Part shown: piece by piece, positions 1-9,700 of the stretch
Numbering within the stretch: position 1 is the first letter of the stretch
Layout of the letters: each line of letters begins with the position of its first letter
From: Phoronis australis
Taxonomy: Eukaryota > Animalia > Phoronida
DNA: 64,000 nucleotides
Assembly: GCA_002633005.1 (NCBI GenBank)
Contig: NMRA01000003.1
Location: forward strand, 1,540,503 to 1,604,502
Direction: 5' to 3'
Notes under the pieces: model-generated
The model's input: only the letters and a program-made list of their open reading frames with translations
Told to the model about the DNA's origin: nothing
The model's database searches: none
Translations under genes and position numbers: made by a program

Positions 1-320
1 GTTTTGTGTGGTACCTCGAATGTATGTGCTAGCTCATTTTTGGGGGGTCCTTTTTTGGCTTCTGCCGGACCCATTCCAGAGTGCAATTTGTCTGTCATGG
101 GTCATTCGGTGTTCAGTGCGGTATTATTGTTCGTTTTAAATCAGTTTTGGTTGGTACCTCGAATATCTAGTCTAGCTCATTTTTTGGGGTCTTTGTAAGG
201 CCCCCAGGGGTCACACCCAGAGTGCAGACAACGGCAGACGTCCATTTCTGTACATACTGAGGTGGACTTTAAATGCTCCCGTGGTCAGATGTTGGTACCT
301 CGTTCATCTATGCTAAGTGC
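1..320. repeat. Diverged ~143-bp tandem repeat (>=2.2 units, runs off left edge)
   Basis: ggtacctcg anchor at 10, 153, 294, each followed by similar (c)tagctcatttttgggg or tatgcta sequence. Confidence 0.6.
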
Positions 321-772
321 TCTGGGCTGCCGGTCTATTATGACATGACATAAACGTAGCACATTTCCTAAGGAAAATGTGACCTTTGACCTCAAGCGAC
401 TTCAAACAACCGACTGTGAGCGCAAGCGCGCGTGTAGGAGGGAGATTAGAAACACATTTTTTCCTCCGCGAGTATTTCAAAAATCCTGAGTTTCGTGATT
501 TTTTCTGGAAATTTCCTCTCGGGAAAAGTGAATTACTCTACTTTACCCATTTATTTCATTTTTTTATTTATTGTGCTATTTAAAATGAGGGTGGTCTCTT
601 CAGTGATAGCACTGCTTTCCAAGAGGGCCCTCAACAACAAAATATAAAACAGTAATATAATACAATAAAGTAATAAAACAATAATTAAATATACGTAGCG
701 AAAATGCGGCATGGCACTTTCGTCAGGAATTGTTTAAAAATATTTTGACGAGCTTTCGCGTTCAATGCCTTT

Positions 773-788
773 TTAAGCCTTGTGTTCT
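773..788 (-). CDS. Putative terminal coding exon (LEHKA*)
   Basis: ctctcatttag acceptor, 87-nt intron, TAA at 775-773; minus-strand AATAAA at 555-550 and 568-563. Confidence 0.5.
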
Positions 789-3700
789 CTAAATGAGAGT
801 GCTTCAGAATGTACGGGCGTATGAATCTCAAATAAATAACCAAATCACTTTTCTAAGTTAATGATGGCGACTTACAAAGTCTTGTGAGTTTGTTGTAGTT
901 GAACGACAACCTTCATCTTCTCTTTCTGGTACTCCCCTAACTGGCTCCAGATCGGCTTCTTCACATCCTTCTTCATGTCCAATTGCCTTTTGCTGTCGAT
1001 TAAATACTAACCGTGCAGACAAAAGTCATCCATACTTTCAATAAAAGTTACATTTTTATGATGAAATAGATCCAATGTAGATGGTCGATGATGAGTGAAA
1101 GATGACAAGAAGTGAAAACGTATACTAGGATTTTCTAAACGTAAGGTCTACAAAGTTGAGTGTTGGTGTGGAATGGTTTTTTACTGCATGCCTATTTAAC
1201 GTAAAAATGATAACATGTGTTACCATTCAGCTCGGATTCGCGCCTAACTTACTTAGCTCCTCCACTGCACACCTCCCTACTGTGTCTGCAAGAAATATAG
1301 ACGGAATAGACTATCTGTCACCACAGACTAACAAATCACGTGTTCACCCATTATTATTGATTCCGTGGTAAAGGATTCTAAGACAAAGAGTTTGATTACA
1401 ACGACTAGAAAAGAAACCTGTCTAATAACAACGAATTACCATATACTAGTTGAAGCGGCATTTAACCATTGCTTTCTGTTAAAAATTTGATTTAGGCTAG
1501 TAAATTGATCTTATCTTGTTCCTTACTCACTTTAAAGGTGATCTTTGGGCTGTTAACCCGAAATTTCATTAGCTTGTTCTCGTGTAATAATTGACTGTCA
1601 TTTCGTCCTGAAATAAATCACCTCTAGTTTGGCTAAGGAATAATTTAAGGCCAATGTCACAACTACATCTGCGCTAAATCAAAACTTGTTTTTTGACAGA
1701 AATCACTTTTCTTTATTGGCCACGTGCATTTTGGTATGAGCAGAATCTAAGCCCGTTTTTTGTTAAAGTAGAATAAATTCACCTTTTATCAAAACTAACT
1801 TTCAATGTAGACCACTTGTAATACAAATGGTCTCAATTTGTTCCATACTCAGATCAAAAGAGATTTTTTGGCTTGGTAAGAACTAACGGTTTTTAGGGAT
1901 TCGGACCTTGCTAAAGACAACTTGTTGAATCTCGGGCCTCAAGAAATGGTAAGTCTCAAGCAAACAGGTCTTCTTAAGCCCAGAATTCACTACTGCTGTT
2001 GTGAATAAAAACACAACGTTCATAAAACTATAAGTGTCTTAAAGTCACTTTTGGCACAGATGATTTTATATGAATATGTGAATCGTGAACCGGCGTGGAA
2101 ATATAGATCGCAAACATTTTTAAGTCTGGTCTGTACGCCACCTATTGGTCACATGACGTGACCTAATGAGTCTGGAAAGATTTCTGCTCCAACCGAAATC
2201 TTTTCAGACTTATGCTCATTATGTCACGGGATGTGGCCAAAAGGTGACGTGCAGACCAGACTTACAAATGTTTGCGAACAAGGTGAGTCTGTGTTACCGC
2301 TTTATTCTTTCTGTTCAAACGTGAAATCAAGATGTTGTTTTAGAAAGACTGCTCAGTCCCGTGGTTCATTGAAGCGTATTTCAACTTGTTAGAATGCTAT
2401 GGATGTTTTTGGGGCAAAGAAAACAAGTTTTTTCTCATTTTTGTAAGGAAATTTTAGAGACTTATCCGGAAGGGTTAGTTTTGAGTTCGCTTTTTTAAGT
2501 GAACTTCAGGTCGAATTTGCAGACCGATGCTTTTGACTGATTTCTGTTCATGCGGTGATGTCAACTGGCTTAGTTTTAAGTAAGTCCTCTTATCATTCAC
2601 TTTACTTAGTCATGCTGGGATTTCAGTGTCAGTATCCTGTGGCTTCCTCGAAAAGGTATTAAAAATCGACAGTTAAAGATTGCCAATGGCTGACAACTTC
2701 AACTTTATGTCCAGATTGTGATAATCACTTTAAAACAATTCGCGGAATTAGATTTAATGAAGACAGAGGTCTCTAACTGAAAAAGACAGTGGAATGTCAA
2801 TGTTTGTACTGACACTTTTGTAATCTTTTCAGACTTATATTCATTAGGTCACGTGATGTGTCTAACATTATGGCGTGCTGACAAGACTTATGTTTGCAAC
2901 TTCTGTACTTCTTTTCAACGTATAGACGAAATTGACTAGGAGTGGCTTCAGTCAAGAGTCGAAGAGACGTTACTCAAGTTTTATCTGCTAGACATAAAGT
3001 AACTGTTCTCTGGTAAAATGGACGCAAAAGAAGTGTACGATTAAAAAACCGCTTCATTCCTCATTGTAATCTACAGAACGACAACAACGCCATCAGTAGG
3101 ACCGTTCATGCCGATCTTTTGGGGATTTTCTTCTGGTATTTTTTGCAAAGTTTTTACTCGAGTGAAAACAGTTGAAAATTACAGTTTTGCGTTCACGCAG
3201 TCAATTTTCAAGATATTGAAATTTTTCCGCATAAAATTCACATGAATAGCCTATTAAAGTATTCATAGAATGTCGTAAATGTATTGTACTGTTACCTGTA
3301 ACGGGCCTAACAGTAATTGTCGTCGATATGCAATCCCAAATATCGCCTACAGGCGCATTGAGATATCACCTGCAAGATATCGCCTAAAGGAGTACCAACA
3401 TATTGCCTACAGGCGTATTGAGATATCGCGCACATGAATACTGAGATATCGCCTGCAGGCGTACTGGGATATCGCCTGCAAGCTTACTGAGATATTGCCT
3501 ACAGGCTTACTATACAGAGATTTCCCTTACAGGCGTATAAAGATATCACCTACAGGCGTATTGAGATATCTCTACAGGCGTACTGAGATATCGCCTTAGG
3601 CGTACATAAACATGTCTTACATTTGTAGACATCACTTACTTTGATGCTAGACAGCTTCCCAATCTGCTTTGTCTAAAAATAAAATCAGTTTTATACACAC

Positions 3701-6700
3701 GTGGTTTATTCCGTAACTTGTGAAAATCGCCGGACAATGAGGGACTGACAATGTCAGAGATTTGTACCCTGCACGTTCCCCTCACTAGTTCTGCGTTTAC
3801 GTAAACGATGTAGAGAAGGACAAATGCTACTTCGTAGTTAAAATTTTTGGAAAGATCGATTTCCCACAATACCATACAGGCAAAAGTCAGGATAATTCTT
3901 TCGTTGCAATATATCACAGATGTCGCTGTTTTGTCTGCGTCGTTTTCTGACGAATTCGGATGTTAACTTTTATGGTAAGTCCGGGTCATTCTCTCCACAA
4001 GATTTTTAGTTTCAGTTTAGTCCTTGGTTTACAATGCCATTATGGAATAAACCAGTTGATTTATACTATCTCATTGTTAGTCTCGTGAGAAACACTGGAA
4101 TATCCTCGATTAAGGTTATGCAGGACCCTAGAAAATGTCCATATTTGGCTTTCTTCGGAACAGCCATACGTGCATCTCAAAAATGGTTGATTGGAGTCAT
4201 TGAAATTTTCAAACAGTATGCTTTATGCACTTATCTTTACAAAACGCGGTTTGGAGTTGTTTTCAAAAATGTTCCAATTCTGCATGAAAGGCTGTCGAAA
4301 ATACGATTTCAATGAAAAGCTCAAACCTTGCAGAAAACGAAACTGTAACGGTGTTTTTGAGATTTCGTCTCCAACATTTATGACAAACGAAATTCAACCA
4401 TGTTATTGATATCGCTGTTTTACTATGACTGCGCCTTTTTGCCAAATTTTACTAAAAAGACATAGTCACCTGACTCAATGGAAAATTGGTATGAAGCCAA
4501 AATCAAGATCCTTGGGCTTAATACGTTCATAAAATGTCTACGACGTTTAAGTCTGCAGTTTTGTAGGCTAGGTATTTCGATAAACACACAGCCTTGTCGA
4601 TATAGTGCTAAATAACCTTAAGTCGATGATAATTATGTTCTGGCAAAGTAACTATAGCAGCCAACTTACTTAGAACTTAGGTTGTTGCTTATTTTACTGG
4701 TCCTACAACAAACGATAATCTACGATCTTACAGTACAGGTCTACATGTGTTGCAACAAATTACTACATCAACTAAATAAACGTAAATCCACAAATTTATT
4801 CTATTACTACACTTTTACGGATGAAACAGAATTTCGTCAACAACGTGTTTGTTCGTACTTCTACATTTTGCACAATGCAATATTCAAGGGTACGTCTTTT
4901 TAAAGCGTGATGAATTCAAGCTTGTACAAACCTAAACATTTTCAAAGTACACCAATGAAAATGGCTTCATCTAAACAAGCTTGGTGTCATCCTTCAGGGT
5001 GGTAACTATTAGCGGGTACCAGGAGACAGCTCTCGATACAGCGCATCAGAAAACGTTTGGTGCCACAAAAATGTTGGTCATTATTTATTTGCTAGATTCA
5101 CGTTCCTGTAGAAATAGAAACATGCAGAAAACGCAAATGTTTAGACAAAAACCTTCAAAACTTCGGAAAGGGGTGAGATTGTGACATAATTCTCATATCA
5201 TAGGAGAGCGGGAGTAGTTGTAACGCTGGTAAGTTTATTTACTAAGTAAGCCAACACTAGCGTATCGCCAGGCGATTAGCAATACGTCTTCTGTGAAAAC
5301 GTGGTAAATTGTAACACTCGCCATACCTATTAAACTAGGCCGTTTTGTACTTTTATCGAATAATACCCGGTGAATTACCAGACTCTTTCAAAAATATGAA
5401 ACCTGCAATTGTAAATATTTTGTTTTAAGCCTATATAACTTTATTTTTTGTCACTCTGTTCCTATGGAAACGAGCTTCTTGCGGAAAAGTTTGACCATAC
5501 GTTTTAATTTGTTATATAAAGCGTCTTCTAACGAGCTGAGCCGAGAGTTATCTCCAGGTACCCGTCTATAGTAACCACCCAGTGGGATGAACCAAATCGA
5601 AAACCACAGCACTTTCTTCGCACCAGGAGCTTGTTTCATGAAAATTGACCTAAGACTTAAGGTAGAAATTTGGTTTTACACTCCACTTGTTTATTTCTTG
5701 AAAATAAATTAAATCTCTAAAGCCTCTGAGAATTTACAGTAACTGCTGGTCACTGGGATAAATCTATAAAGTATTTTTAGATTGTGATGCGCGCATAGTT
5801 ACAAGGCTTAATAGTTTTTCACCAATTGTGATGTGGAAGCGCAAGACCAAATTTCAGTCTTAAGTCTTAAATCACTTTCGTGTTATTATCACTTCACATA
5901 CTTCCCTTGTTATTATCTCCTCACTTTCTTGGCTTGTTATTTACCTTCCCACATTCTTTGCTTATTGTTTTTTCCTCACTTAGTTTGCATTTTGTTTTCA
6001 TCTCATTTTCTTGTTATTATCGCTTCACTTTGTTGTTATAATCTCCTTGCTTACTTTGCTCGTTATTATCTCCTCACTTACTTTGCTTGCTATTATCCCC
6101 TCACTCAATTTGTAGTTATAATCGCCACATTGACTGTTGGTTATTGTTTCCTACTTACTTTGCTTGTTATCATCTCCTCCTTGTTATTTTAACTTCACTT
6201 ACTTCGTTGTTATTATCGCCTCCCTGACTTTGGTTGTTTTTATCTTCTACTTACTTTGCTTGTTATTATCCTTTCGCTTCTCAATATCTCCTCATTTATT
6301 TTATTTGTTGTTATCTCGAGTGGCTGATTTAGAGGGTGGCCAAGGGGGCCATGGCCCTCCCTAAAATTCTCGCAGATTACATTTGGCAATTCGGGGGTGC
6401 GAATGTCTGACGGGCAAAATCTTGGCTATTACTGTACCTTGCCCCCCCAAACTCAAAATCCTGGATCCGCCCTTGATCTCCCCATTTGCTTGTCACTATC
6501 ACTTAATTCAAGTGCTATTATCCCCTTCCTCATTTATTTTACTCTTTATTATCTCCTCACCTACTTCATTAGTTATCGTGCCTCCCTCACTTATTTTGCT
6601 TGTTATTTTTACCTCACCTACTTTACTCGTTATTATCGCCTCACTTACTTTGCTTCTAAATGGCAGCTTACTCTACAAAATTTATGTTTTCAAACGAAGT

Positions 6701-9700
6701 CATATATGAAATGATATTGAAATGATGGTGACGAAGACTGCAGTAATGAAAACACTAATATGAAACCCATTCCATGTTTCTCCAATGACGTAACACATTT
6801 AATATCTAAGAATCCAAGTCAAAGAGTTAAACATACCATGTGTAGAAAAAGCCCGTGCATGTAACTAAGCCGTTTCATTTAAAAGGTTGGAATTGACAGT
6901 TATGTACTGTAGTCAAGGCACAACCCCTCCCCCTACCCACCCCCTTAATTGCAAAAAAGCAACCCTGACGGTCACTACCCTTCTTCGTTTACCTCTCTCT
7001 CGCATACCCATGTACGCTGTTGACGACTTCCGGTTGCCTCATTGGATGTCGTTGAAGGCAGAAGATGCACAACCTAGACAATTTACTGGACTACGGTCTC
7101 ACGGAGTGCTTGTGTTGGTGAACAAACCGTCAGCGGTGAGCAACAATTCATTTCGTTTTAAACAATCACTTTCCTTAGTGGTTCTGAAGCATTTATCGGC
7201 TTTCAATATCATTCAACGTACAGTTTGTACCCGCTCATACAAAAGGCTTTGGCTCCCTTGAACAATGGTTCGATACTCACCGCCGTGTCCATTTTTTTAA
7301 CTCTTTAGGTGCAAGTGTGGGCGGATTCTGGTCGGGAGCCGGCAAGCTGATAAGGTCGTTCCAGGTTTCGAGGAGCCCACTGTCAGTCGGAAGTCTCCTA
7401 ATAGGAAGACGTGGAACGAATAACGAGCTGAGTTTCCGTAAAAGACACTTCAAATAGACATCAACAATATTTGTGCCGTGTATACGCGTATTTAGATTCA
7501 TTAACAATTATCCAAAATAATATTGTTTAAAAGAAACGTTCAAATGTTTTTTGTTGTAGATTATACATGTAAGCACAGCTTCACTTACAAGCGCATGGCC
7601 CTGAATACAAGTGAACTTAACATGTTATAATATTGAAAAAATCGTAAATTGAAATGTAAGAAGACGTCTGTTTATTTTTTGTCATAAAAGTTGATTAAAA
7701 ATAAACCCGAGCGATGATAAGATGTGTCAGGCATAATAGTATGAAGCACAGGTAAAAGGTGCAGAGACCACACATATAAAAATACATTTTGTACCTTATC
7801 ACGCTTCCAGTGTTTGAGTGCTCGTACCTTTTACTTTGACCAGCGTAAATTGACGAAATCCGTGATCTAACCCTTGATACTCCGCTTGGACTCGAGTCCC
7901 GGTGTGATCCTATATCTATGAGTGCTGACGGCATGTTTCTAAGCACCCTACCACTGTGCCTAGTTTCATCCTGACTTCGGGGGTGATTGCGAGGAAAAGC
8001 CAAATCTCTATGTAGGTAGATAAATGTTAGAATTTATACCTGAGAGCAACTCGACAAGAAGTACAAAATACACATCTTTATTCATTCTTTGGAAAAGTGT
8101 CCAGTGTAGCATGTTCTCCTTTTTATCAGGAGCTGCAAGAGCGTTGTCGTTTGAAAAGCGATGTCACCTCAGGAAGAGAACGCAGTTGGGAAAGGCCTTC
8201 AGTGACGCACCATAACGATTTAGCCAGCGCATGCGGACGCATCAAAATTCCATTAAGGTTAACCCACGCAAAAACTGCCAGTTATGTTGTTCATTTTATG
8301 AGTGTACATAGTGTATTCATAACCGGTTGGGCATATTCATAGAACGTTTCGGTAAAGGTCTCGTCACACTTTTGCGTGCCTCAAATGCTTATCAGGAGTA
8401 CCTTACAAGAAATCTATTGGGTCGCTACGGCCACAACCCGACGTACGCACAAAATTTCAAACTTTTCGATTCTTTTAACTTATGATTCTCACATTTAGCC
8501 TATACATCTTTGATGAAATGTGTGTACAGATTGTATATGTTACATGTTACCTCATTTTCTGCATTTTCCTTTGATAAAATATGTGTACGCACTATGTGTG
8601 TGTTTGCGTGCGTGCGTGCGTGCGTGCGAGCTCTGTGCTTGTGCGCCATCTATTGTTAGCAGACGCGTTAATTTTAAAAGAATAAAATTAATGTATTACT
8701 AGGATAGGCGGTGGGCCGAATTGTGTAGGGCTTCTAAAAAGTATTTTTTGCGAGTACTTTAGGGGTGGGGGGCAATTTTATTTTGGTGTTTTTAATTCAC
8801 TTACCAGTGTGTTTTTCCACATTATTTTAAAAAATTGAGTTTGAAGTTGGGCAATAATTACCAAAGAGCTTAGTGAACTGAATACATATCTTTAACACAT
8901 TATCTATGACGTCTTGGTTCTTCCAAAGGCATTATCAATGGCAAATCCATCCTTTCACTGGTTCATTGCAAAACTACGGCATCACAACATACATTTGGGG
9001 GGAACTGAAATGTTCTAAAAATAAATATCTAACTGAACAACGTCTTTTTCGTCTATAAAATGAATTAAAAGCAAGCAAGATGTGGAACCATGAATTTTTG
9101 ACGGAAAAATACCTGTCCTGTATACAAAAGCAGCGGTGTTACTATAGCGTAGTTCGATGCTTATCACTTTGTTTGAGGATATAACCAAGCGGTCGGATAC
9201 TGCGTCGCTGACTTGATTTAGTTCGACTAAGTTGGCTGTTTTCGACGTGGTGTGGGACTCACGCTTTTGTTTTACTGCGCTTAGGTATAGGCGGATTTAG
9301 GGAGTCCAGGGCCCCCCCCCTTTGGCTGCCGCAAAAAAATAAAACAGCAAGAGCGTAGGGAAATGTTGAGTTTATTAAATAAAACCGGTAATTAAAATTA
9401 TGCGGGTGGAATAAGATTTAAATTGTGCAGTTTTAGTGTTTGGGGGGGGGGCTCAGATCCAATTTCAAATGTTAAATTCGGAACACCGCGCATTCGTAAC
9501 GGAGCTATGGCTAAGTATAGGCTCTCCTGCCATATCCCAGGCGACCGGCAGTGGCGCTGCGCACAACGACTCCGTTTCCGTCGTCTGCTCCACTGTGCAA
9601 TGAAGAAAATTTACTTCATTATTTAAAGAAAATGGAACCTGAGTGACGATGAAAAACAGAAGCTGCTGGTAAGATGTGAATTTTAATCGAAGCCTTAGTG

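Noticed and set aside
3341-3604. CRISPR-like appearance of palindromic short repeats
   Set aside because: Units are head-to-tail with no unique spacers, no cas genes, and a eukaryotic intron context.
4732-4740. 9-nt micro-exon candidate (also 3-nt at 12171-12173, 12-nt at 9263-9274, and a 5-nt one near 9115)
   Set aside because: Intron too short (29 nt) or poor splice signals; expected by chance.
5833-6714. Hydrophobic/Tyr-rich 100-119 aa ORFs
   Set aside because: Translation artefacts of the 27-bp minisatellite.
7040-7460. Plus-strand two-exon model with in-frame TGA near Cys (selenoprotein-like)
   Set aside because: Same DNA is better explained by minus-strand exons 7281-7397 and 7008-7073 that chain in phase; no SECIS or known selenoprotein motif seen.
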